The translations under genes were made by a program, and so were the position numbers. Shown here in pieces: positions 48,060 to 61,600 of a stretch of 64,000 nt of DNA (positions are counted from its first letter, which is position 1; each line of letters opens with the position of its first letter). Below the pieces are notes generated by a model. It saw nothing but the letters and a program-made list of their open reading frames with translations. It searched no databases and was not told where the DNA came from. Source of the DNA: Octopus sinensis (Eukaryota); NCBI RefSeq assembly GCF_006345805.1, contig NC_042999.1, positions 43,648,001 to 43,712,000 of the forward strand, given 5' to 3'.

Positions 48060-48420
48060 ACACTCCATTACAAACTAACAATCCGTGAACAACAGCCTTG
48101 CAGCTCCACCTCCAATATCCGTCAACACTACCACAGCCACCACCACTACCACTGTCACTACCACTACTCCCATGACCACTGCTATTGTGACCGCCAATAC
48201 CACTACAGCTGCTGCCACCCACCATCACCATCACCACCATAATCCCCACATACCAGCAGCAGCAGCACCACCACCACCACACACCATACCACCAACACCA
48301 CCACCATACTACTACTACTACTACCACCACCATTCGCCACCACCACTACCACCAACACTGCCACCATCATCACCTCTGACAACACAAACACAATTAGCCA
48401 AAACAGAACAGTAACCTCTA
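48060..48420. repeat. (CAC/CTA/CAG)n low-complexity tract
   Basis: Direct inspection. Confidence 0.85.
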
Positions 48421-49319
48421 ACATGGTCACTCAACATGCTAGATATAGCAGCCAAATCTCTCTAAATCATACACAAACCATGTTAAAAAGAGCAGAGTCA
48501 TTGGACAATATAGATTCACAAATAATAAACACATAATGAACAAATAATATATTGTCGTCGTTGTCGTCATCATCATCATCATCATTATCCGCTGTATTAA
48601 TGTTCACTTTTCCATGCTTGCATTGGGTTGAATGGAGTTTATTGTTATTGTGACAGATTATCTACGGTTGGATGCTCTTCCTGTCACCTACCCAGAACAT
48701 GTTTCCCAGCAAAGCAATATTTCTCCATGACCAGACATGTTTTCACAGAATATTGGAATTGAACAATGTTGATTTATAACAATTACACAATGTCAAAACA
48801 AATGGGCATAAGCACACACTCACACACACACACACATGCATTTACACATGCACACATGTGTAAGTGTATATATATTTATATAAAAACTTACTTGGAAAAG
48901 GATGCGTGGCGTTTGATCATATAATAATATAAATGATATATAAATATATGCATATATACATGCATTTATGTACATACTTATTTATGTATATATACATGCA
49001 TATATGGGTACAGGACATCAAAAAAAAACATTAAACACAATGAGAAACAAAAACATAGAAACAAACTTTTTTTTTGGAACAATGAAAAAAACAAACAGAA
49101 TATTCCCCTTCTTCAGTTGCCCCTGTTTCATCTACTCCATGTTTCGAAGGCAATATATATATATACACACGTGTGTGTGTATGTATGTATATCTATCTGC
49201 ATACATACACACACTCGTGCACACACACACACACACATATAACATACATGCATACATACATACATACATACATACATAGCCTGACAGACAAGCAGACAGA
49301 CAGACAGAATGACAGATAG

Positions 49320-49700
49320 ATAGATAGTTTCCTTTATTAGCCATGCAGTGCTGAACACAGAGGCGACAATACAATGTAGAACTTTTCTTTTCGAAAGGGA
49401 AAAAAATACCACCAAAAGGGATTGAAAGCATTTGGGACATGTAAACAGTGAAATAACAATGTTCCATTTATAATAGAGTTCCCAAAAGGGGGAGTAAAAA
49501 TGTAATACAGATTAGGTTTAACAATGGAAAGAAAAGCCTACAAGAAAGACCACGGTAACCTCAGGCAGGGAAAGAACACATGAGAGCAAAACACTCTCTC
49601 TCTCTCTTCTGGATTTACAGGATCATGCTCAAAGTAGATAGATAACTTTCTTTATTGTCCACGCAGGGCTGAAATATAGAGGGGACAAATACAAACGATA
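49320..49700 (-). mobile_element. Two LINE-like 3' ends with AATAAAG(A/G)AA plus (TATC)n tails
   Basis: Minus strand reads TTGTCCCCTCTATATTTCAGCCCTGCGTGGACAATAAAGAAA, which resembles SINE B tail variant ii. Confidence 0.45.
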
Positions 49701-49835
49701 GATAGATAGATGGATGGACGGACGGACGGACGGATGTGATTTGTTGTAATGAAGTTAAGAAGTTTGCTCGCTTTTCAACAATTATGATTCTTGGTTTGGA
49801 CCACAGTGTGGCATCTTGAGTGAGTATCTTCTACA

Positions 49836-49867
<32 letters not shown>

Positions 49868-50279
49868 CTGTGTTCATCAGTGTAAAATGGTGTGCGAAAT
49901 TGCATTAAAAGTATAACTTAATCATTTGATATATATAGGGATCTATAACAAAAAATGCCAGACAGGAATAAGTACTGGGATAGTCGTATTATATCATCAC
50001 CTAAAATCCCTTGAAGGCAGTGCCCCAGCATGGCCACAGTCCAATGGCTAAAACCAGTAAAAAAATACATATACACAAATACGCATATGTACATATATAC
50101 ACATGCACATATATACATACACACATTACATACGTATGTATGTGTTTGTGTGTGTGTATTGACAGTAATTTCAGAATTTCTTTAAGTATTTGGCTTATTC
50201 TATCCGTATTTAGTCCTTTATTCAAATAACTCTGCTGTTTTTTATGCATATAAAGATGCTTATTTTCAAACACTTCATA

Positions 50280-50406
50280 CATATACATACATATGTTCAT
50301 ATATGCATGTATACAAATATGTACACATAGATGCACATATATGTGTGTATGTGTGTGTGTACATATGTGTGTGTATATATATATTTTTATTTATTAATAT
50401 ATTATA

Positions 50407-50499
<93 letters not shown>

Positions 50500-50753
50500 C
50501 ATATGTGTGTGTATGTATATATAGTTAGTTACTTTGATATATAGAGTGATAGGTAGATAGATTGATAGCTTATCTACTGATATAAATATAGATATGCACA
50601 CAAAGGTATTTTGACACACCATTTTGCACTGGTGAACACACACATGCACATACACACACACACCCACACTCAAAGTAGTTACGTAAATGTGTGTGTGTGT
50701 ATATATATATGTGTGTGTGTGCATATAGATATATATATGTGTATATATATATG

Positions 50754-50802
<49 letters not shown>

Positions 50803-50906
50803 GTATATGTATATATATGTATATGTATATATGTATATATATGTGTATGTATATATATGTATATATATGTATATGTATATATATATATATGTATATATAT
50901 ATATGT

Positions 50907-50956
<50 letters not shown>

Positions 50957-50968
50957 GTATATATATGT

Positions 50969-50999
<31 letters not shown>

Positions 51000-51061
51000 G
51001 TATATGTATATATATATGTATATGTATATATATGTATATATATATGTGTGTGTATATATAT

Positions 51062-51104
<43 letters not shown>

Positions 51105-51122
51105 GTATATATGTATATATAT
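50280..51122. repeat. Long (TA)n/(TATG)n microsatellites
   Basis: Direct inspection. Confidence 0.95.
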
Positions 51123-52127
51123 AAAGATCTTAAAGTAAAAATATACCAAAAATAGGGAACATTAACTTTTTGTCAGGAAGTTCTTATCTGGAGATGTTTC
51201 TATTTATAGAATCTCGAAATACATTCTTAGATTATCAAAAAATTGATTTGGCTACAAGCTGACAGTTTCTTTGAGAAACTAAAAGACAGATGAGTGGAAT
51301 GAATGAAGGGACAAATAAGTAAATAAATAAATATATAAATGAATAAGTTTTAATAGAATATCATCAACAATAAGAGACAGCTTGAAAAACTAAAGCAAAC
51401 AACAAGGAGGAGGAGGAGGAGGTAGCGGAAGTGAAGGAAGAGGAGCAGAAAAGAACAACCATTAATAATAATAAGAAGAAGAACAACAACAACAAGGGCA
51501 ATTAGAATATGAGGATTGTTAACAACAACAATAGCAGTTGAATCTCCTTTAAATGACATCATGTCAGGAAAAGAGAGGGTTATGTTGAATGATGTGGTGT
51601 TGGATGCAATGCCCTTGGAAAGAGGATGGTCATGACTGGAATGCCTTTGGACATAGATCTGATCAATCAGAGCAGACCTGGAGTTAAAAATAAAAAAAGC
51701 AACAATGATAGCAACACTGTTACCGCTACCAGTAACAACCATGCCAAAACTGTCAATAACTACAGAAAGAGCAGTAGTAACAACAACAACAAAAGTATGG
51801 GTATTATTGGCTTGAATGGTTAATCATTTGCCAAGCTGTATTGATACAAGATTTGTGTTGTCAAAAGATGTAATATGAGAGGAGAGAAATGGAACTAATG
51901 GACTAGTTGAACTGAAGGTGGACTGGGGAAAGAGTTGCTGAAGCATGGAATAAACTGCCTGCGTCAGTTGTTGACTGCCACGACACTGCATCCTTTAAGG
52001 CCCTCATGCTTTCCGAAATCTGCCGAAACTACACCTGATTATATATACACTTTAGATGAGTTGTAGTGCACCTGAGCACTGTACACAATTATTATTATTA
52101 TTATTATTATTATATATTATTATAAAT

Positions 52128-52600
52128 CTGGATTGAAACAGGATTGAAGGGGTGGAACTGGATTGAAGAATGGTTGGGGAAAGACTGAAAAAGGACTGGT
52201 GTAAGACTAAGGAATGACTAAAGAAGAACTGAAGAATGACGAGAAAGATTGAAGAAGAACTGAAGGACTTAAAGAAAGGGCAAAGTCAGATTGAAGGAAG
52301 ACTGAAGTACTGAAGAAGGTCTGAAGAAATGCTGAACTGAAGAAGGACTGGAGAAGTGTTGAAGCTAGGCTAAGGAAATACTGAACTGAAGACGGAATGA
52401 ACCAAAAAAAAAAAAAAAAGAACTGAAGAAAGGCTGAACAGAAAGACTAAAGTTGGATTGAAGAAAGATTGAAGAAGGATTGAATTGATGAAATACTGAA
52501 CTGAAGTCAAAAAACAACTGGAAAAAGACTGATTTGGGCAGAGTTGGACTGAAGAGAAACTGTAGTTTGATGAAAAAAGGATTGAAAGAGGAATTTTCAA
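52128..52600. repeat. Purine-rich degenerate (GAACTGAAGAA)-like repeat
   Basis: Strand-asymmetric CTGAAG/TTGAAG recurrences. Confidence 0.7.
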
Positions 52601-52929
52601 TATCAATCTATTTTTCTAATTTTTGCTTTCTACATTTCATTTTTACTATATATTTTTTCTTTCCTTTCTTTGTGCATTTGTTGTAGAGTTGTTTCTTGGG
52701 GTTTTTTTTAGCCCCTCAACTACCCTGCTGACCACTTATTGTGTAGATATACGATTGCATGAGTTCCATCTGTGACCATCCCTCTTGTTTTACCAATATA
52801 GTGTATCTAGGACTACATTACCCAATATGTTCTTCAGCTATTTTAAAGATAGTAGTGTGTGTGTGTGTGTGTGTGTGAGAAAGTGAGAGAAACCTAGAGC
52901 TTCACAAAAAAGACAATATTAATAATTCT

Positions 52930-53120
52930 TTCTATTATAGGTACAAAGCTTGAAATTTTGAGGGAGAGGACTAGTCAATTACATTGACCTCAGTGCTCAA
53001 ATGGTAGTTATTTTATCGACCCTGAAAAGAAGAAAGGATAAAGTTGACCTTGGCAGAATTTGAACTCAGAATGTAAAGCATTTTGTCCAGCGTGCTAACA
53101 ATTCTGCCTGCTTGCAACCT
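52930..53120 (-). mobile_element. SINE family B (older)
   Basis: GGCAGAATTTGAACTCAGAA block. Confidence 0.7.
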
Positions 53121-53136
53121 TTTCAATATTGATAGT

Positions 53137-53520
53137 GGAAGCACTCTGTCGGTTACGACGATGTGGGTTCCGGTTGATCCGAATCAACGGAACAGCCTGC
53201 TCGTGAAATTAACGTGTAAGTGGCTGAGCACTCCACAGACACATGCACCCTTAACGTAGTTCTCGGGGATATTCAGCGTGACACAGAGAGTGACAAGGCC
53301 GGCCTCTTGAAATACAGGTACAACAGAAACAGGAAGTAAGAGTGAGAGAAAGTTGTGGTGAAAGAGTACAGCAGGGATCACCACCATCCTCTGCCAGAGC
53401 CTCATGGAGCTTTTAGGTGTTTTCGCTCAATAAGCACTCACAACGCCCAGTCTGGGAATTGAAACTGCGATCCTATGACCGCGAGTCCGCTGCCCTAACC
53501 ACTGGGCCATTGCGCCTCCA
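53137..53520 (-). mobile_element. tRNA-derived SINE family C
   Basis: 13-bp TSD CAATATTGATAGT at 53124-53136 and 53521-53533. Head reads GGAGGCGCAATGGCCCAGTGGTTAGGGCAGCGGACTC. Confidence 0.85.
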
Positions 53521-53559
53521 CAATATTGATAGTAATCACAATATTAATAATTCTTCCTA

Positions 53560-53745
53560 ATTTAGGTACAAGGCCTGAAATTTTGGTCGAAGTGGCCAGT
53601 TCATCTCATTGACCCTAGTGCTGATACTATATTACAAAGCCTGAGAGGATGAAAGGCTAAGTCGATCTCGGTGGTATTTGAACTCATAACATAAGGCCAG
53701 AAGGAATGTTGCTAATGTCCAGTGTGCTAACAATTCTGCCAGCTA
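53560..53745 (-). mobile_element. SINE family B (older)
   Basis: Degenerate consensus match. Confidence 0.65.
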
Positions 53746-53885
53746 ACAATCTTTTCAATATCAATAATAATCGCAATATCGATATGTTGTTATATTTCAG
53801 GATGGTCATTTTTTCTCTTGCCAAATTAGCACGCACACACACCACACACACATACACTATATATATATATATATATATATATATT

Positions 53886-54278
53886 GGCGTAGGAGTGGCT
53901 GTGTGGTAAGTAGCTTGCTTGCGAACCACATAGTTCCGGGTTCAGTCCCACTACGTGGCACCTTGGGCAAGTGTCTTCTACTATAGCCTCGGGCCGACCA
54001 AAGCCTTGTGAGTGGATCTGGTAGACGGAAACTGAAAAGAAGCCCGTCGTATATATGTATATATATATGTTTGTGCGTCTGTGTTTGTCCCCCAACATTG
54101 CTTGACAACCGATGCTGGTGTGTTTACATCCCCGTAACTTAGCGGTTCGGCAAAAGAGAACAATAGAATAAGTACTAGGCTTACAAAGAATAAGTCCTGG
54201 GGTCGATTTGCTCGACTAAAGGCGTTGCTCCAGCATGGCCACAGTCAAATGACTGAAACAAGTAAAAGAGTAAAAGAG
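53886..54278 (+). mobile_element. SINE family A (young)
   Basis: Full-length consensus match. Confidence 0.9.
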
Positions 54279-54427
54279 TATATATTCATTCTTCACTCGT
54301 TTATTATTATTCTTACCTTATGTTCATTGTCTGGAAATCTTTTGTCACATATTTGTGACCTCTTCAGTGAATCTTTCATCCAACATGTATCCTCCTGTTC
54401 TGCTGTTTAGTCCATCCTTTTCAATAG

Positions 54428-54630
54428 TGGTTTCAAATTTTGGTACAAGGCCAGCAATTTCAGGGGAGGGGATAAGTTGACTATATTGGCCTCAAAGCTC
54501 AAATGATACTTATTTTTATCAACCTTGAAAGGATGAAATGCAAAGTCGACTCCAGCAGCATTTGAACTCAGAATGTAAAGATGGACAAAATGCTGCTAAG
54601 CATTAGGCCAGGTGTGTTAATGATTCTGCC
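54428..54630 (-). mobile_element. SINE family B, tail variant i
   Basis: Consensus match. Confidence 0.7.
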
Positions 54631-54872
54631 ACAACACTAACATCAGCCTCCAAAATTTTCAACCAGAAGTCTAATATCTAACTCTATGCAAAGTACTTCC
54701 ACTCCTCACTCAACTTCACTCACAAGAGTCTTCTGCAAGTTATTTTGTCATGACAATAAGAGAGCTGCTATGTGATTGCTCAACTTTCCTCATATCAAAG
54801 TCAAACTTTCTTCATATCAATCACACCATACTGCCTTAAAAGGAAAATACACATTCGATAATGTACTTGTCA

Positions 54873-57800
54873 TCTCTATATATATAAACGGCAGTTTGTC
54901 TGTGCGTGCTTCTGTGTGTCTGTTTTCTCGTACCTCACCCTGACCACGGCTTTCAACCGATTCTGATGAAACTTGACACACACATAGCCCAATGTCATAA
55001 TTCAAAACTAACGAAGCGAAAATTTTGAAAAGTTCCCCCAGTTCTGAAAAAAATTGATAAATTCGACATGGGGTCGAGAATCATAAACATGAACCACAGG
55101 CTGTCTAGGGGACGCAACTCGAGAATCTAAGCTTTTTTTATGCAACGCATTATCTATGGTAGTTTTCACAACTTGCAATCGATTTTCACCAAACTCATGG
55201 TGAAGCTTAATGTTACCCTAAGAAACTCAATTCTGACGTTAGTTTTCCATGCAATACCTTACCATCAGAAACAATCGATAAAATCATGCCATTTTGGGAA
55301 ATCGCGTTCAAATTCAAGATGACATATTTTCGACAATATCTTTCACAAATTGGCAGGAATCTTTTTTTTTTCACAACGAGCTTCATGTCTGCTCCAAGGA
55401 GCTATATAGCCCTTTTTATTCCAATAGGATACATTATTGGAAAAAATCGGTTAATTTATCATATGTGGCACACATAGCAAACAAATTTGTGTATTAAACA
55501 CAAACCAGACTGTCTAGGGGACGCAACTTGACCTTTTTAGCTATCGATAATTCGATCCAACCAATTCCTACCAGGAAGAAATTACATTCGAGACTTTACC
55601 CCCAACACCGCCACTTCTGCTAATAGCTGCTGCAGCCGCAAGTTATTCGAATACTTTTTGGGTTTAAACTTTCTTTATAACTACCACCCCAAACGTTTTA
55701 CCTTCAATTTTGACGTACCCTAACGGTCCTCGGACGCTACTTGCAAACTCTTGGGTTATTATAAACCACTTTTGTCGTGTGCATCAAAAAACTTTTCCTT
55801 TCGTTTGTTCAGTTTGATCACTTTTGACTTTTTCGTTGTTGTCACTCACTTGCTGCCAGCTTTTTTGCCGTTTTTGTACTTTTTATACATTTTCGGATAC
55901 TTACCCCACGAGCTCCTTTTTATTACACTTTACCAAACACATTGCTATCCACCAAAATACTTACCCCACGTGTTCCTTTTTATTACACCTTTGCCAACAC
56001 ATTGCTATCCACCAAAATGCCACCCAAGAAGAGAAGGACCCTCCTCAGCCCTCGGACGGCCAAGGCATCGGCTGCTAGGGCTAGAAGGGCACGCGAGACC
56101 CACGAGGAAACCGCCTTGCGCCTCTCGCAAACAGCTTCCCGTTATGCCGCTGCTCAGGCATCTGAAACTACTAGCGACCGTTCTACCCGACTTGCAAGGG
56201 TCAGCGTACAGATCTTCCCTCCGCTCGAGGTTGACGAAAGAGCAACAGTCCAGCCAAAACATGCGGGCTTCTTACTGTGCTTCCATCCGCAGAGCTCGCG
56301 AGAACCCCGAACAAAGGGCCATTCGGAATGCGGCTAACGCCACTAGCACTGCCAGGACACGATCTGTCGAAACCTCACAGCAGAGGAGAACTCGCCAAGC
56401 TGCTAACGCCGCAAACACAGCCAGGCTCGATCTGCCGAAACTCCACACCAACGGACTATTCGGACATCCAGACATGCCATTACACTGCTTCTGCTAGGGC
56501 TTCAGAGGGTGCTGAGGCGAGAGCTGAAAGCTTTCAAGGGATGCCACTGCTACCGCTGTCGCACGTGCATCTGAATCTGCCGAGGCACGGTGCACTCGAC
56601 TTGAGAGTATCAACAAACGTCGGGATATCATTCGTGGTGTACGTACCCCTGCCCCCGCTTTCTGGTTGTCACTAGCATTCAACTACGACCCCACAATTAA
56701 CTTCTCCTTGCGTGACGACATCAAGATAGGGTCAATGACAATTGTATGCCAGTTTTGCAAAGCCAAGAAATGGCCCGGAGAGCCACCTGGTTTGTGCTGC
56801 TCTGGTGGCAAAGTGGACCTGCCACCCCTACGGGAACCACCTCAACCACTGAAGGATCTCGCGGCGGTTTTAACCCTCGATTCGTCACAATTCCTTGAAA
56901 TAATTCGAAAGTACAACTGCTCATTCCAAATGACCTCTTTCGGGGCCAAAATTCCTCCCAGAGAAGGCTGGATGCCTACTTTCAAAGTGCAGGGACAGTC
57001 TACCATCTTATTGGGTCACTTCTGCCAGACGAGATTCAGCAGTCTTCTTTCCTCCAAATATACTTCATTGCCGACTACAACCACCAGGTTGATGCACGCC
57101 TTGGAATAATACCGGGTACAAGCTATGTTCCCCGCAAAGACATTCTTCTCCGTCTCCAAACCATGCTTCATGATATCAACAGCTACGTCTGCAGCTTCAG
57201 ATATGCCTTGGACAGTGCTCCTTCTCCAAACTTCACCGTTGTCATTGATGCTGATAAACGACCCCACGGGGAGCACGAACGCCGTTTCAACGCACCTGCG
57301 TGCAACGAAATTGCCGCAGTTATACACGGAGAGCAACACAACAGCCGTGACATAATCATCTCCTCCCGTGGTAACAACCTACACAGGATCAGCGAGACTC
57401 ACAGATCTTATGACGCGCTTCAGTATCCATTGCTTTTCCCTTATGGGGAAGACGGCTACCACTTCGGAATTCCTTTACGGCAGCCCTCCAATCAAACTAC
57501 TGCGGCATCAAAGACGGTTTCCTGCAGGGCGTTCTACTCATACCGGTTCATGGTCAGGGAGGGTGAGTTCAACTTATTGCCCCGTTGTCGTCAGCTATTC
57601 AACCAGTTCGCCGTCGACATGGCTGCAAAAATGGAATCGGAAAGGCTGCTATACATTAAACTTAATCAGACCAAACTTCGCTCCGACTCCTACATTCATC
57701 TCCGTGACGGTTTGCAACAAGAAAATGACCCTCGCAACATCGGCAAGCCATGCATTCACCCTACCCTCCACCTTCACGGGAGGACCGCGATATATGCGTG

Positions 57801-60800
57801 AAAGGACCCAAGACGCCTTGACCTACGTGCGCATTTACGGCCGGCCGGACCTCTTTATCACCTACACGTGCAATCCCAGCTGCGACGAAATCACTCGCGA
57901 AATCCTCCCGGGTCAATCTCACACCCATCGACGACACATCGTTGCTAGGGTTTTCCGTCTGAATTTGGGCAAAATGAAGGATTTGATAGTTAAGGGTCAG
58001 ATTTTCGGGCATGTCAGGTGCCACATGTTTTCGGTCGAGTGGCAAAAAGGGGCTTTCCACATGCTCACATATTAATTTGATTCACTCATAAAATCGAGAC
58101 TAATGACATTGACAAATTCATTTCCGCCGAGATTCCTGACCCCGATGAACACCCGGACTCTACGAAATTGTCCGCACTACCATGGTACACGGGCCCTGTG
58201 GACCAATTACGCCAACACACCATGCTACAAAAACGGATTAGCCTGCTCAAAGGGATTCCCTAAACGGTTCACTTTGGAGACTCAAACAGGCGGCGATGGT
58301 TATCCGCTGTACAAACGAAGGAGTCCAGCCAATGGAGGCCGCACGATTACGGTTGGGCGACATCAAGTGGACAACAGCTACATTGTCCCCTACTGTCCTC
58401 TCCTGTCGAAGATATTCAAAGCCCACGTCAACGTTGAGTTCTGCAGCTCCATCAGGTCAATACAATATGTCTGCAAATATATCAACAAAGGCAGCGATGC
58501 TGCCATGTTCAGCATCCAGAGGACCACCAGTCGCGACGAAGTGTCCAGCTACTTGGCTGGCCGGTACCTCAGCAGCAACGAAGCGTTTTGGCGCATTTAC
58601 GGCTTCCCGCTCCATCAGAGACACCCGGCTGTGGTGCAGCTTGCTGTACACTTGGAAAATGGACAGCGGATTTACTTCACAGAGCAAAGTGCTGTGCAGA
58701 TAGCCACCAGCCCTAAAGACACAACGTTGACTGGTTTCTTCAAATTATGCCAACGTGATGACTTCGCTCGAACGCTTTTGTACCCACAGGTCCCATCGTA
58801 CTTCGTGTGGTCTAAAAACACCTGGTTCGACGGAAATCCGGCAAAAACGTCGAAAGCTTCCCAGGCGTCAAGTTTGACTCCTGCCTGGGTCGAGTTTACA
58901 ACATCCCGCCAAACCAGCAAGAATGCTTCTACCTCCGTCTCCTTCTACATGAGGTCACTGGTCGAACAGGTTTCGCCAATATAGTACCGTCAATTGGGTC
59001 TGTGCGACACCTTCAGGGAAGCATGTATGAGACTTGGCCTTCTAGAGGATGACTCCCAGTGGGACGCCACATGGCAGAGGGTGCTTTACTGCAAACGCAT
59101 TCGGCCCTACGACATCTTTTCGCAATCCTTCTTCAAAAATGTCAGCTTAGTCATCCACTAAGTCTCTGGATGAAATACAGGGATGACATGTCGCACGACT
59201 TCTTACGTACGGCTCAGCAACACTGCCCTTCCGCCGAGATCACGTTCACCAACTTCATTTACAATTTTGCGCTCATTCAACTCGAAGACGCTGTCATCGA
59301 TATGGGTGGGTCTGCTTTAACAGAGTACGGCCTTCCACCACCCACACGTGAACACGCCAATGTTATGTCTGCTGAATTGTTACGCGAAACTTCCTACTGC
59401 ATTGAGGAACTGCACCAGTACGTCCAAGATATGAACCACGGCTGCTTCCAGACCAGCGCATAGCCTACAACACCATCGTAGACTCTGTCAGACAGCAACG
59501 TGGGGGGATTTTTTCTTCCTTGATGCACACCCGGCGCACAGGCAAAACCTTCGTCACTAAACTAATTCTGGCAGAGGTCAGACGCAACACGGACATTGCC
59601 CTGGCTGTAGCTTCCTCTGGTATCGCGGCCACGTTGCTTCCGGGTGGCAGAACCGCCCACTCTGCCTTCAGACTCCCGCTCGATCTGGCAAAGTCCGAGT
59701 CACCTATCTGCAACATCGCCAAGAACTCAGAACAGGCCGACATTCTTCGCAGATGCAAACTCATCGTATGGGACGAGTGCACTATGGCACACAAAGGCGC
59801 CCTTGAGGCACTGGACAGGTCCCTGCAAGACATCAGAGACTCTACGGCCCCCATGGGAGGATTAACTTTACTTCTTTCAGGAGACTTCAGGCAGACTCTA
59901 CCTGTTATTCCAAAAGGAACCCGTGCCGATGCCGTGCGCGCGTGCCTTAAGTCGTCAGCTCTTGGGCACATGTGCGGCCCTTGCACCTCCAAACTAACAT
60001 GCGCGCGCAGTTAATTGGTGACAGCGGATCCGCTGCATTCTCCAGGGACCTCTTATCGCTCGGTGAAAATAGGAATCTGTCTGATGCGGATGGCTACGTT
60101 CAATTGGACTCACTTTGCACCATTGTCGACACCCCTGCTAGCCTCCGGGACGCTGTCTTCCACGACCTACAAAACAATTTACGCGACCTAAAATGGCTGG
60201 CAGGCAGAGCTATTCTCGCACCCAAAATACAACCGTCAACTCCATCAATATCCAGCTACTTGAAGCTATTCCTGGTGATGTCCACGTCTACAAATCTATA
60301 GATAGGACAGCAGACCCCGCCCAGCTTGCCGATTATCCTGTTGAATTCCTGAATTCACTTGAACTGCCAGGCCTGCCACCACACATCCTGAAGTTAAAAG
60401 TCGGTGCGCCCATTATGCTCATCAGGAATTTGGTTCCACCTAAACATTGCAACGGCACACGTTTGGTTGTGAAACATTTGGCACCACATTTAATAACGGC
60501 CACAATACTTACCGGTTGTGGGAAGGGAGAGGACGTCTTCATTCCACGGATGCACCTTCAACCGTCGGGCGCTGACCTACCAATCCACTTCAGGCGTTCT
60601 CAGTTTCCTGTTAAACTCTGCTTCGCAATGTCCATCAATAAATCCCAAGGCCAAACGCTACAAGTCGCTGGGTTACATTTGGGCGAACAGTGCTTCGCCC
60701 ACGGTCAACTCTACGTGGGCTGTTCACGCGTTGGGAGGCGCAATGATGTTTTCATGTTTTCGCCAAACGGACAGCTAGGAACATCGTATATACAGAAGTA

Positions 60801-60931
60801 TTCCAGTGAAGACAAGACATTGCAACGTCCACATGCACCTTCGTTCCCTGGAGGGAAAGGACTACATTGGGATTAGTCGTTGCCTACTAGGGGCTCTTAC
60901 ATACCCGGGCAACGCCGGGCTATGCTGCTAG
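54873..60931 (+). mobile_element. Full-length autonomous-type Helitron (6059 bp)
   Basis: A|TCTCTATATATATAAAC start; 3' hairpin CCCGG-GCAACG-CCGGG 12 nt before the CTAG|T end; no TSD; RepHel coding inside. Confidence 0.95.
56018..60809 (+). pseudogene. Helitron RepHel (HUH Rep plus PIF1-like SF1 helicase), multiply frameshifted
   Basis: MPPKKRR start, C..C zinc ribbon, YDALQYPLLFPYGEDGY, PDLFITYTCNP, VEWQK..PHAH, YVCKYINKG, TGKT, GRTAHSAF, IVWDE, GDFRQTLPV, AMSINKSQGQT, HGQLYVGCSRV. Confidence 0.93.
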
Positions 60932-61077
60932 TATACCAATAAAAATGAGCTGGCCACATCAGGGATGTCTTTGATCATAACTCTGCCCCATTTTCAAGAT
61001 TGATCTGAAGCTAAACATTATCAACCACCACCGCTCTACCAATATATACGTATTATCTTTAACAAGAAAAAAATTAC

Positions 61078-61119
61078 CAATGACTTTGAGGTTTCTGCTT
61101 GTTTACCTTCATCAGACTG
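61078..61119 (-). ncRNA. Degenerate minimal type I hammerhead ribozyme motif (Penelope-type)
   Basis: Minus strand reads CAGU CUGAUGA AGGUAAACAAGCA GAAAC CUCAAA GUC AUUG. Core and GUC are intact, stem I has 4 bp, and stems II and III are decayed. Confidence 0.5.
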
Positions 61120-61413
61120 CATTTTAAATGGGTTCTACTTGGACTTTATATAATCTTTGGCATGTTATTTTTGGGGTGAGGTAGGTGAAGCTATGTGTAT
61201 GTTAATTAGATGTGTATATAGACCAGGAAAGTTGTTGTGTAAGAAAGGGAAGACAGAGAAGGATAAGAGGAAAGTATGTGTTTGTTAGGTGTGGATTGAT
61301 AGAAAATTATGGTGAGGTTTATTTTGGTTTGATGTAGGAATTTTATTAAATGTTTAGGGTTGAGTCAGGTGTGGAAATAAAGGAGTAAAAACATATCAAA
61401 TTCAAGAAAAGCA

Positions 61414-61455
61414 CAGTCTGATGAAGGTGAGCAAACCAAAACTTTAAAGTTACCA
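61414..61455 (+). ncRNA. Second degenerate hammerhead motif, inverted relative to 61078-61119
   Basis: CAGU CUGAUGA A GGU-gagcaa-ACC AAAAC UUUAAA GUU ACCA. Stem II and the palindromic stem III are intact; core G is changed to A and GUC to GUU. Confidence 0.5.
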
Positions 61456-61564
61456 TCATCCTTTTCCTTGCTAAAAGTAATAAATATTTACCCCACTAAA
61501 AATTATTGTGCAATTCCTCAGTTTAATCTTGAATTGTTTCACATATAACTTGACATAAAAACCA

Positions 61565-61600
<36 letters not shown>

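Noticed and set aside
48085-48414. Thr/His/Pro-rich ORF resembling a mucin or transcription-factor tract
   Set aside because: Mixed trinucleotide low-complexity DNA that is open in several frames on both strands.
52020-52095. Hammerhead-like GAAAC...GATGAG arrangement
   Set aside because: No CUGANGA core in the right order, and the residue at the cleavage position would be G.
53460-53520. tRNA gene candidates here and in other SINE heads
   Set aside because: A/B boxes are present but there is no complete cloverleaf, and each continues into a SINE body with a TSD.
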